Virus record (IMG/VR): IMGVR_UViG_3300045988_075769
Coordinates: 1-58,438 of that record
From: a virus
Reading direction: 5' to 3' (one strand)
Length of the DNA stretch: 58,438 nt
Positions 7,932 to 15,999 of the stretch are shown piece by piece. How positions within the stretch are numbered: position 1 is the first letter of the stretch; each line of letters starts with the position of its first letter. A model generated the notes under the pieces. It ran no database searches, had not been told where the DNA came from, and worked only from the letters and a program-made list of their open reading frames with translations. The position numbers and the translations under genes were made by a program.

Positions 7932-9011
7932 TTACTGCTCTTGTAACGCTTCAATGGAATAGAACGCTGGCATATACTTGTCTACGATACCCGCTTTGTC
8001 TACGCTTCTAATCAGATAGCCAACAGGTCTGTCAGGGAACGGAGACCTGTCCAAAGACAAGATGTCCTTATACGCCGCCTTCACCGTGTCGTAAACCGCT
8101 TCTCTGCGTCTCGGCAGCTTGATTTCTGGATGCTCTTTCTTCATCCACTTCTCAACTACCTTCGCCACGTCAATGCAGTCCTGCTTTTCCAATTCGTCAC
8201 ACACAGACCAATCAAAATCATCGTATCCGCTTCTACGGGGCTTTCTCACGGCTTTTTGAGGTTCTACCGGCACTTCGCTTGCCTGAGCTTCAATCAGCGT
8301 CTCAGACGCTTTAATTTTGGGCTTGAACTTGACCGCCACAGCCTTTCGTGCCACAAGAACCGGTTCATAGGTCACTACGATGTCAGACACGGCATTGATT
8401 TCATCTACTGCAACGTCAAGCACTCGTTTGCGGAGATTCTTGTAAACATCGTAGCTTGCTTCCATCGCACCGAGCTGTTCTCTCAGCTTTTTCAGACTGA
8501 TTTCATGCGGCTTGCTGTCCATGTTCAACCAGTCCCGAAGAATCGAATAAAGCAAAATGCTGTATTGAGACTTCATTCTTGACGTGTAACGCAGCCGATA
8601 CCGAACATAGCCGCTTTCAGCAATGTCAAAGAAAATAGGGCGAAGGTCAGGGTTGCAAGTGATTGCCACAACATAAGACCTTGTTTCCGGCACATAGTCC
8701 AGTTTTGCCCTTGTGAAAAGGACAAAGCTCTCAAATGTTCCCTTTTCTTTGTCAATGGGAATCGACACAGTGTTGCCCAAAAAGTGCTTGATCTGCGGCT
8801 CAATCCTTCGTGCATCAAGGCTTTTTAACCCCAGCAGGTCTCTGTACTCTGCCAACGAAAACTCCACACGGCTGCTGTTTGGGTCTCTTGGATTTATTCT
8901 TGACAAGTAAACCTCTAGCAACCGAAGCTCGCCTGCCGTGTAGTCCCTGAACTTTGCCCACACAAGAGATTTACTTTTTTCGACAAGGTTGTTGTCGGAT
9001 ATTTTTTGCAT
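7932..9011 (-). CDS. repB: Rep_3/RepB-family plasmid replication initiator
   Basis: The N-terminal region NLVEKSKSLVWAKFRDYTAGELRLLEVYLSRINPRD...RYRLRYTSRMKSQYSILLYSIL matches the Rep_3 pattern. Iterons lie immediately upstream. Confidence 0.8.
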   Translation of the reverse strand: MQKISDNNLVEKSKSLVWAKFRDYTAGELRLLEVYLSRINPRDPNSSRVEFSLAEYRDLLGLKSLDARRIEPQIKHFLGNTVSIPIDKEKGTFESFVLFTRAKLDYVPETRSYVVAITCNPDLRPIFFDIAESGYVRYRLRYTSRMKSQYSILLYSILRDWLNMDSKPHEISLKKLREQLGAMEASYDVYKNLRKRVLDVAVDEINAVSDIVVTYEPVLVARKAVAVKFKPKIKASETLIEAQASEVPVEPQKAVRKPRRSGYDDFDWSVCDELEKQDCIDVAKVVEKWMKKEHPEIKLPRRREAVYDTVKAAYKDILSLDRSPFPDRPVGYLIRSVDKAGIVDKYMPAFYSIEALQEQ

Positions 9012-9054
9012 CTGTTCGCCTCCTTTTCTAGCCTAAAAGCAGTATATCACATAT

Positions 9055-9534
9055 TGGGGGACAAGTCAATACATTCTGTCCCCCGTGGCTTGTCTTTTTG
9101 TCCCCCATAGGGTCGTCAAAACGTCCCCCATGACTTGTCAAAACGTCCCCCATGCTTTGTCATTTCGTCCCCCATCTACATATTATATATTAAACAAGAA
9201 ATAAACAAGAGGTTAAATATCATCGTTAAATAGGCGATGACGATAATTTTCAACAATTTCTTTATTTTCTCATTCCAGCTTGTGAATAACTCAACCTTTC
9301 ATTTGCTGAATAAAGTCTTTCCAGCAATGATTAGTCTTATCTAACGTGTACAAAAAGTGGATGAAAAACTTTTGAGCCGGTGTTATGGGGGACGGATTGA
9401 CGAGATGCTTAATTGCAAACAACAAATTAACGCCAATCCGTCATTTATTCCGTGCGAATGTTGTCGATTTACAGCCTATGGGGGACGGAATGACAAGGCA
9501 AATTTGCCCGATAGGTGTACAAAAAGTGGATGAA
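9055..9534. other. Plasmid-type origin region (iterons, AT-rich spacer, inverted iteron cores)
   Basis: Inverted cores TGGGGGAC occur at 9055, 9386 and 9479. The tract 9176-9260 is AT-rich. A perfect 20-mer GTGTACAAAAAGTGGATGAA occurs at 9346 and 9515. Confidence 0.7.
9078..9175 (+). repeat. Five direct iterons at 22-23 bp spacing (core GTCCCCCAT)
   Basis: Cores begin at 9078, 9100, 9123, 9145 and 9167. The best-matching units read GTCCCCCATGACTTGTCAAAAC. Confidence 0.85.
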
Positions 9535-9575
9535 CGAGGACAAAATGTTCTGCAAAAACTTCGATAATTCGACCA

Positions 9576-10169
9576 TCAGCCAGTTATATTATTGGGATTC
9601 ACGGTATAAGAATCATTGGACTTCATAGCAGCTTCCGTTCCGGCATCCTGTGCCTGATAGAGAATCTCCATCTTTGGGGCGGTTCCGTTCGGGTCTGGGT
9701 CTGTTCCGGTAGCCTGTGCTATCTCATAGCTGCCCGATACCATCCGGCAGACAGAGACCCTGTCCTTCAATGGCGTATGGAGGTTTGCCAGAACCTCCGT
9801 CAGAACACCTATATGGTCTGAACCGTGATCTCCGTACCGCATATACAACAAGGCATCTATCTCGTAGGAAGAACACTCCATCATGGCATCTATGAGAATC
9901 TTACGCTTTTCCATGTCGAAAAGGTCGTCCTCTAGATGCTCCAGCAATCCAGGATGAATGCAAGCGTCCATATATCGAGCCACTGATACGCCGCAGCAGG
10001 TAAACCAACGCATAGCCATTGGAAAGGAAATGGCTGCCAGACCTTGCTCCCAGTTGGCAATCGTGCCACGATTCACGCCCATCCGTGCTGCCAATTTCTG
10101 CTGGCTCAGACCGGAGCTCATCCGTGCCATCTCTAATGCTTTGGCCGTTCTTACCAAATATTCATCCAT
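9576..10169 (-). CDS. XRE-family HTH regulator with an extended C-terminal domain
   Basis: LSQQKLAARMGVNRGTIANWEQG is an HTH_3 motif. The start at 10169 was chosen because the upstream ORF extension looks non-coding. Confidence 0.65.
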   Translation of the reverse strand: MDEYLVRTAKALEMARMSSGLSQQKLAARMGVNRGTIANWEQGLAAISFPMAMRWFTCCGVSVARYMDACIHPGLLEHLEDDLFDMEKRKILIDAMMECSSYEIDALLYMRYGDHGSDHIGVLTEVLANLHTPLKDRVSVCRMVSGSYEIAQATGTDPDPNGTAPKMEILYQAQDAGTEAAMKSNDSYTVNPNNITG

Positions 10170-10311
10170 AAATTCACGCCATTTCAACAAAATTCTGCAA
10201 AACTGCCGGATTCGACAAGCCAAAAAATGGAAAAAGCTGCTATGGAGAACCAACAGCAGCCTGTGTTATAACTGTATTGTCAAAAAATTCCAAATAGAAA
10301 GGAAACACAAA

Positions 10312-10422
10312 ATGAAAGAAACTGTAATCTGGAACCATGAACGTATGCCGATCATCGATGGAATGCCTGCCAGCGTTCCCGATGGGCAACCACACACACC
10401 TGAACCGTGGGAGGAAAGTTAA
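10312..10422 (+). CDS. Hypothetical micro-protein (36 aa)
   Basis: ATG follows AGAAAGGAAA, and the stop overlaps the next start (TAATG). Confidence 0.35.
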   Translation: MKETVIWNHERMPIIDGMPASVPDGQPHTPEPWEES

Positions 10423-10886
10423 TGAACCGAACCGTAGATGCTCTGATTATTCCATACGCTCGTAGACGGACGCTGGAGCTTGTCCTGAGCCTTTCTGGGT
10501 ACGAAGCTGATAAAGATGCTTACCTCGAAGCAAAAGGCATCCTGGAACGTGCCGTAGCCGCCTTAGACGATGGACGCGACCCGGCAGATAACATCGAACG
10601 CATTGACGGACAGCTTGTGGAACTGCGAAAGGAGAAGAAGATGGACTTTACGAACGGATTCTATAAAACCGAAAACCCTGTTATTCTTGAAGAAGTAAAA
10701 ACCTTCCTCCAGTCAATGGAACGGCGTGGGGCAACCGTAAAAGACTTAGACGATGCCATTGTGCAGCTAAACAATGTTTCGCACAGCATCAGCACAAACG
10801 CTCTCGTCAAAGCAGATGTACTGGACGATTTACCGAATAACCCTTTTCGTTCCATGCTCAACGGAATGCTACAAAGCAAAAGGTAA
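10422..10886 (+). CDS. Hypothetical protein (154 aa)
   Basis: ATG at 10422 is preceded by GGAGGAAAG. Confidence 0.6.
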   Translation: MNRTVDALIIPYARRRTLELVLSLSGYEADKDAYLEAKGILERAVAALDDGRDPADNIERIDGQLVELRKEKKMDFTNGFYKTENPVILEEVKTFLQSMERRGATVKDLDDAIVQLNNVSHSISTNALVKADVLDDLPNNPFRSMLNGMLQSKR

Positions 10887-10997
10887 CTTAAATTTAATGT
10901 GGCTCTTAATCATTGTCATTGCAATTTTTGGTTTCCCCGATGCAAAGTAACGGATGCAAAGAAAACGTTCGATTTTTATGAAGTTGTTCAAACTGCA

Positions 10998-11025
10998 TTG
11001 ACTATACAACTGAAAGATGTATAAT
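10998..11025 (+). promoter_or_regulatory. Sigma-70-type promoter
   Basis: TTGACT (10998-11003), 16-nt spacer, TATAAT (11020-11025). A tandem GATGCAAAG x2 lies just upstream. Confidence 0.5.
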
Positions 11026-11072
11026 CGTATCAAATGAACATTCGTATTTGCTGATCGGGAGGATATGCTGCA

Positions 11073-11174
11073 ATGAGCGAACAAGAAAGAGCTAAGATTG
11101 ACAGGTTTATCGAATGGCTGTTGGAACATCCTGAAAAGATTCCGGCAGCGGAGCAAGCCCTAGACCTAGAATAA
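11073..11174 (+). CDS. Hypothetical micro-protein (33 aa)
   Basis: ATG follows GGGAGGA and the ORF ends at terminator 11177-11229. It is below the ORF-track length cutoff. Confidence 0.4.
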   Translation: MSEQERAKIDRFIEWLLEHPEKIPAAEQALDLE

Positions 11175-11176
11175 CA

Positions 11177-11229
11177 GAAAACCCCTTGCGCAGAGCTACA
11201 CCAGCCCGGCACAAGGGGTTTTTATTTTA
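11177..11229. terminator. Bidirectional terminator
   Basis: AAAACCCCTTG pairs with CAAGGGGTTTT, followed by TTTATTTT. Confidence 0.7.
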
Positions 11230-11234
11230 CCGGG

Positions 11235-11711
11235 TTAATCTTCACAGACTTTCATCAGCTCATTGAACCTAGAAGAATTTGCGCTTACGGTTTCGGATGC
11301 CTTGTGCCCGTCCTCGTAGGTGACATAGAACGTCACATCGGCTTTGGATTTTGCAGTAGCAGAGCCATAAATAGCACCAGGAAGCCCACCAACAGCACCG
11401 CCGACCGCTGTGCGAACAGCAGCGCTTCCTGCTTTCTTACTAACCCCAGAAGCGACAATCTTTGCTTTTATAGGCGTTTTGTACATTTTCTGCTTTAGCT
11501 TATTTTTCTCCATAAAAAGATTGTATTCCTTTTTGCCCTTAAAGAACAAAAACAGACCAACCGCCATACAAATGATAAAGGCAGTGGTTGAATACATCAG
11601 GAGAAGAAAGGAAAACACAATGAAAACCATTCCGAACGAGTACATAAACCTTGCACCCATGTGACTGCTTTTATCGTTAAGAAGCTCTTCTTTGCTGTGC
11701 TTTTTCATCAT
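11235..11711 (-). CDS. Membrane protein (2 TM) with a soluble C-terminal domain
   Basis: TM stretches FGMVFIVFSFLLLMY and AFIICMAVGLFLFF, with a G/A-rich segment. It lies between the two repressor genes. Confidence 0.6.
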   Translation of the reverse strand: MMKKHSKEELLNDKSSHMGARFMYSFGMVFIVFSFLLLMYSTTAFIICMAVGLFLFFKGKKEYNLFMEKNKLKQKMYKTPIKAKIVASGVSKKAGSAAVRTAVGGAVGGLPGAIYGSATAKSKADVTFYVTYEDGHKASETVSANSSRFNELMKVCED

Positions 11712-11861
11712 CCACCTCACTTAAAACCAGTGGTTCTTTCTTTTGCGGTAACGATATTTTCTGCCGTTGCCATATAGCGCACGGTCATTGCCTTTTAACA
11801 AGGCCTGCATGAACCAGAAGCAAAAGGCACATCCACACAATAGGTAATACAAAATCTTACC

Positions 11862-12191
11862 TCACATCTTCTCGATCAGGTTCATCAGCGCTTCACGCTG
11901 TTCCTTTGGCATAGATTCAAGCTTTTTTCTAATCCGCTCCAATGCTGCATCGACTTCACTTTGCGGCTGCTGGGGCGGGTTTTCTTTTTGTTCGCCATTG
12001 AGAAGGTAGTCTACCGATACGTTGAAGTAGGCTGCAATTTTAGAAAGAACCTCTGCGGACAGGCTCTTGGTTCTCCCGGATTTTAACTCGGAAAGAAAAC
12101 TACGGCGAATCCCGATGTTGGCACAAAGAGTTCCGTCTTTAATTCCCTCTTTTTCGCAGAGTGCATGGATGTTGTTGTACAAGTCCGACAT
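11862..12191 (-). CDS. CI-like XRE-family repressor
   Basis: The HTH is GTLCANIGIRRSFLSELKSGR. ATG at 12191 follows GGGAGTG, and the gene is divergent from a Cro-like gene. Confidence 0.75.
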   Translation of the reverse strand: MSDLYNNIHALCEKEGIKDGTLCANIGIRRSFLSELKSGRTKSLSAEVLSKIAAYFNVSVDYLLNGEQKENPPQQPQSEVDAALERIRKKLESMPKEQREALMNLIEKM

Positions 12192-12214
12192 AAGAACACT
12201 CCCATATTTGTGCA

Positions 12215-12350
12215 AGTATACAAATGCACAGAATTTTGTACAAAAGAGTTGACTTGTACAGAAGCCTGTACTATAATACAGACATGGGCAGTACAGAACA
12301 CTGTACGATATGAACTCTCTACACCATTATATTAGTACAGTTTTCCGTAC
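12215..12350. promoter_or_regulatory. Divergent promoters with three GTACAG-N4-C[T/C]GTAC operators
   Basis: Rightward promoter: TTGACT (12249-12254), 17 nt, TATAAT (12272-12277). Leftward promoter: TTGTAC, 17 nt, TATACT (reverse complement of 12215-12220). Operators lie at 12256-12271, 12291-12306 and 12335-12350, with the palindrome TTTTGTACAAAA at 12234-12245. Confidence 0.7.
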
Positions 12351-12384
12351 TTGTCAATAGATTTTAGCAAATGGAGGTGGAATT

Positions 12385-12606
12385 TTGAAAGAAAACTTCC
12401 GTTCTGGCTTTGAGCTGGAAGTGAAGATGAAGCTGTTGCAGCGAGGTATGAAGCAAACGGAGCTGATTCAGGAGGTTCAAAGCGATACTGGATTGTTCCT
12501 TGATGATTCGTACCTCTACAAGATTCTTCGTGGCGAGCGAAAGCCGGAGAAGATTATCCAGAGCATCTGTAAGATTCTGGAAATCGAGCAGAAACCCGAA
12601 AATTAA
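12385..12606 (+). CDS. Cro-like small HTH protein
   Basis: TTG start follows GGAGGTGG. 73 aa containing MKQTELIQEV, in the position expected for Cro. Confidence 0.55.
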   Translation: MKENFRSGFELEVKMKLLQRGMKQTELIQEVQSDTGLFLDDSYLYKILRGERKPEKIIQSICKILEIEQKPEN

Positions 12607-12666
12607 CCTGAACTGTGACAGCGAAAATATTTGAGCATGAAAACACAAAAAAGAAAGAGAGGAAAA

Positions 12667-13419
12667 ATGAACGAAATCGTACTATCCACGAAAAGTGGCG
12701 AACCGGTAGCGTCTAGCCGTCAGGTTGCCGAGAACTTCGGAAAGGAACACAAGGACACTTTGGAGAGTATACGGCAGATTTTGGCGGCGGAAAATTCCGC
12801 CACCAAATCCATGTTTTACGAAACCACGTTTGAGAACAGGGGCAAGCAGTACCCCATGTACCTGATGAACCGTGACGGCTTTACACTGCTGGCTATGGGC
12901 TTTACCGGAAAGGCTGCTCTTGAGTGGAAGCTCAAGTATATCGCAGCATTCAACGAGATGGAGAAGAAGCTGACCGAACAGCCGCAGCTTACCCGCTCGC
13001 AGCTCCTTGCAACTGCATTGATCGCAGCACACGAGGAACTGGAAGAAAAGGACAAGCAGATTGAAACCATGAAGCCGAAAGCGCTTTTCGCTGACGCTGT
13101 GAGCGCAAGCAGCCAAAGCATTCTTGTTGGTGAGATGGCAAAGCTGCTGTCGCAGAACGGCATCCAGATGGGGCAGAACCGCCTGTTCCAGTGGATGCGT
13201 GAGAACGGATACTTGATTAAAGACAAGAAGCGGACGGACTACAATATGCCAACGCAGAAGTCTATGGAACTTCGCTTGTTTGAAATCAAGGAAACGTCCA
13301 TTGCACATTCCGATGGGCACACTTCTATCAATAAGACCCCGAAGGTGACGGGTATCGGTCAAGTCTATTTCGTTAATTTCTTCTTAAAGACGGAGAAGAG
13401 CAAGAAAGCGGAGGGCTGA
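12667..13419 (+). CDS. Rha-family regulator with a KilAC/antirepressor C-terminal domain
   Basis: The N-terminus VASSRQVAENFGKEHKDTLESIR is pRha-like. The C-terminus LFADAVSASSQSILVGEMAKLL..NRLFQWMRENGYL is KilAC-like. Confidence 0.7.
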   Translation: MNEIVLSTKSGEPVASSRQVAENFGKEHKDTLESIRQILAAENSATKSMFYETTFENRGKQYPMYLMNRDGFTLLAMGFTGKAALEWKLKYIAAFNEMEKKLTEQPQLTRSQLLATALIAAHEELEEKDKQIETMKPKALFADAVSASSQSILVGEMAKLLSQNGIQMGQNRLFQWMRENGYLIKDKKRTDYNMPTQKSMELRLFEIKETSIAHSDGHTSINKTPKVTGIGQVYFVNFFLKTEKSKKAEG

Positions 13420-13421
13420 AC

Positions 13422-13796
13422 ATGGAACAGATTTTGACATTGAAGGTAGACCTTGAGCACCCGGACGATGCTCGCCACGCCATTAACAAGGCTGTGGAAG
13501 CCTACAATGAGAGCAAAAAGCACTGGGACGCTTTTGAACTTAACGAAGCCAAAAGCAAAGCACGAGATATTATGTACAACCTGTGCAATGAAGGCTACAG
13601 TATGATATGGACGGTCGCTGATGGCGCTGTTGGGCTGACGATTTGGGTGGATTTTGAGAAGCCAAGCGTTGGTCAGTGCTATATGATCGAAGAAGGACTG
13701 TATGATATCTGGGTCGAAAGGCTTGTTGCACTGTGCATTGCCACAGGTCGGGAAGTCCCGAAGTTCATCACAGACAAGGCTGGTGAGTGCTGGTGA
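13422..13796 (+). CDS. Hypothetical protein
   Basis: RBS GGAGGG. 124 aa. Confidence 0.6.
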   Translation: MEQILTLKVDLEHPDDARHAINKAVEAYNESKKHWDAFELNEAKSKARDIMYNLCNEGYSMIWTVADGAVGLTIWVDFEKPSVGQCYMIEEGLYDIWVERLVALCIATGREVPKFITDKAGECW

Positions 13797-13978
13797 TGAA
13801 ATTTCGTAAAGCGCAAAGCCACAAGCGCAGGCTGAAGCTTGCAATGGCTGCTGGCGTATCACGAAACGATGCCAACAAAGTGCTGTGGATGGAGAAGTCC
13901 ATCAACCAATGCTTTGAGCGCCATAATCGGGAAGCCAGACTGAAAGAGGAGACGCAACGTGGAAGAAAAGTACTGTGA
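13796..13978 (+). CDS. Hypothetical basic protein (60 aa)
   Basis: ATG overlaps the previous stop (TGATG). An alternative GTG start lies at 13787. Confidence 0.45.
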   Translation: MKFRKAQSHKRRLKLAMAAGVSRNDANKVLWMEKSINQCFERHNREARLKEETQRGRKVL

Positions 13979-14384
13979 GCGCTGCGGTCTGTATCTTGGC
14001 GCGGTTAGACCGACAAGACGGTATTGCAAAGAATGTGCGATATTGGTTCAAAAAGAAAAACAGACCGAACGCCGCGCTCCGTATGGCATTGTTCCGTGCG
14101 AATGGTGCAAAAGGCCGATGCGCAAATTATACAAGTATCAAAAATACCATAAGAAATGCGCAAACGCCGTAAAGCGAAAAAAGACCGCAGACTGGTGGAA
14201 AGAACACCCAGACTACATCAGAACTTCTTCCGATGAATTTAGACAGGAAGGAAATACAACGAAAGAAAAGCCGAAGTACAGTCTTAAACAGGTAAATGAC
14301 AAGGCGAAAGAACTTGGAATGAGTTATGGGCATTACAGCGACTTGCTTTCACAAGGAAAGGTAGACCCTCCCGATGAACGGTAG
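13959..14384 (+). CDS. Zn-ribbon protein
   Basis: GTG start follows GAGGAG. It contains three CxxC-type pairs (CERC, CKEC, CEWC...HKKC). Confidence 0.55.
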   Translation: MEEKYCERCGLYLGAVRPTRRYCKECAILVQKEKQTERRAPYGIVPCEWCKRPMRKLYKYQKYHKKCANAVKRKKTADWWKEHPDYIRTSSDEFRQEGNTTKEKPKYSLKQVNDKAKELGMSYGHYSDLLSQGKVDPPDER

Positions 14385-14464
14385 ATACTACGGAAAGCGA
14401 GAAATCCGCTGGCACGGCCGAGAGAAAGACCGTCTAGAACACATACATAATAGAAAGGGTAAAG

Positions 14465-14656
14465 ATGAAAGCACTTGTAGAAATCGTCCTGATCTGGGGA
14501 ATCGTCTTAGCGATGGTTCTCGCAGCGTTTCTGCTGAACTTATGGCTGATTCACCGGATTGATCTTCTGGTTGGCGTAAACGCAACGCGTGCAATCATTG
14601 GCATTGGCGCTCTGATGGCAACCATCTGGATTTTTGGACATTCAGTGAAAAGCTAA
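14465..14656 (+). CDS. Small membrane protein
   Basis: RBS AAGGGTAAAG. 63 aa with two hydrophobic helices. Confidence 0.55.
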   Translation: MKALVEIVLIWGIVLAMVLAAFLLNLWLIHRIDLLVGVNATRAIIGIGALMATIWIFGHSVKS

Positions 14657-14667
14657 GGAGAGAATAG

Positions 14668-14892
14668 ATGACATTGAAAGCAGCGCTTAAAAAGCGAAAC
14701 ATGAGCGCTCTTGAGCTTATTCACAGGAGCGGGTTATCCGAGCAAACAGTTTACAACATCACTAGTCCGAACAAACAACCATACAAGACTGGCGTTAAAA
14801 CTGAAACGCTTGCAAAGATAGCGCAGGTTCTGAACGCAACAATCGTGATAAACGAAAGAAAACCGTTTATGTTTGACATCATTTTGAACTAA
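14668..14892 (+). CDS. XRE-family HTH protein (74 aa)
   Basis: RBS AAGGAGAG. The HTH is MSALELIHRSGLSEQTVYNI. Confidence 0.6.
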   Translation: MTLKAALKKRNMSALELIHRSGLSEQTVYNITSPNKQPYKTGVKTETLAKIAQVLNATIVINERKPFMFDIILN

Positions 14893-14901
14893 GGAGAACC
14901 A

Positions 14902-15165
14902 ATGAAAACTTTGAAAGGAATGGCGCTTTCCATGCTTGGTCTGATCGCGGCTATCGCAGCAGTTGGCTGCGGTGATGCGATTCAGGGCTGTCAAACCACA
15001 GCGCAGATGCTTGGCTGGGTAATCGTGTCCTGCGGGTTTCTCGCAACGGCTATCTTGCTGTGTGCGTTGGCAGTTAGCGAGGAGATGGACGAACGCAGCG
15101 AGAAAAAATGCCGGAAAATCAAGCGTGTTGCCCACCACACCAGCGAGTGGAGGGATGCACAATGA
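14902..15165 (+). CDS. Small membrane protein
   Basis: RBS AAGGAGAA. Two TM helices. Confidence 0.55.
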   Translation: MKTLKGMALSMLGLIAAIAAVGCGDAIQGCQTTAQMLGWVIVSCGFLATAILLCALAVSEEMDERSEKKCRKIKRVAHHTSEWRDAQ

Positions 15166-15356
15166 AATGCCCGATGTGCGGTAGCGACAACATTACAACG
15201 GTTGATAGCCGGTCTGACCACGATAGCATCGTTCGCCGCAAGAAGTGCATTTCCTGTAACCATCGGTGGTCTACCATCGAAATCGACAAAGACCAGTGGT
15301 ACAGCGCACTGCAAATCAAAGAGGAACGCAAGAGAGGGAGACCCAAAGATGATTAA
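15162..15356 (+). CDS. NrdR-like zinc-ribbon protein lacking an ATP-cone
   Basis: MKCPMCGSDNITTVDSRSDHDSIVRRKKCISCNHRWSTIE parallels the NrdR N-terminal zinc ribbon. The protein is only 64 aa. Confidence 0.6.
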   Translation: MKCPMCGSDNITTVDSRSDHDSIVRRKKCISCNHRWSTIEIDKDQWYSALQIKEERKRGRPKDD

Positions 15357-15543
15357 CCTTGACAGATTCGGTGGCGTGACAGAACCGGAGGACGGCGTGT
15401 ATTTCCTAACCCGTGAGCAGGAAGCAGAAGCCAAAGAAGCTGACCGGCTGGCAGCGATTGAGGACTTACAGTCTGAGATTGAGGACAGGGAAGCAGAGCT
15501 GAAAGACCTCCGTGCGCAGTTGGCAGACCTGATGGCTGGTTGA
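15349..15543 (+). CDS. Hypothetical acidic coiled-coil protein (64 aa)
   Basis: ATG at 15349 overlaps the upstream gene end. Confidence 0.45.
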   Translation: MINLDRFGGVTEPEDGVYFLTREQEAEAKEADRLAAIEDLQSEIEDREAELKDLRAQLADLMAG

Positions 15544-15612
15544 TTTTGTACAGCCGAGTTAAGCCGAAGTAAGAATAATGAAGCCTAATGAAGCCGAAGA
15601 AAGGAAAGAAAA

Positions 15613-15999
15613 ATGGGCAAATACAAGAAAGAAATCAAGCACTGCGAAAAGTGCAATAAGCCTTTTTCGGTGTTCCCGAACAGCACCGAAACGCTCTGCG
15701 CGAAATGCAAGGAAGCAGTGATTGAAGATACGTTGCGAAAGAACGGTTATGCGCCGAAGCATAGATTTGTGAGAAGCAACATGGATTCTGTTTCAGAGCA
15801 GCATGCTATCGTAGAAGCAGAATTTAAGGCATCGTGCGATTCTAACACGAGCGTTCAGAGAATTTGCCGTGACTGCGGAAAAGCATTCGAAATTTCTCGT
15901 GCAGAGCGCATTTTCTTTGAATCACATAACATGGCATTGCCTAAGCGTTGCCCGGCTTGCCGTAAAGTGAGGAAAGAAGCGAGGAAGGAGAACAACTGA
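15613..15999 (+). CDS. Zinc-ribbon protein (zf-trcl-like C-terminus)
   Basis: CEKCNKPF...CAKC, then CRDCGKAFEISRAERIFFESHNMALPKRCPACR. Confidence 0.55.
   Translation: MGKYKKEIKHCEKCNKPFSVFPNSTETLCAKCKEAVIEDTLRKNGYAPKHRFVRSNMDSVSEQHAIVEAEFKASCDSNTSVQRICRDCGKAFEISRAERIFFESHNMALPKRCPACRKVRKEARKENN

Noticed and set aside
9385-9567. 60-aa + strand ORF in the origin region
   Set aside because: It is built from the inverted iteron cores and the duplicated 20-mer, and has no RBS. I interpret the region as non-coding origin DNA.
14374-14562. 62-aa + strand ORF between the Zn-ribbon gene and the small membrane protein
   Set aside because: It has Arg/Gly/Asp-rich junk composition and overlaps the better-supported 14465-14656 gene, which has an RBS.
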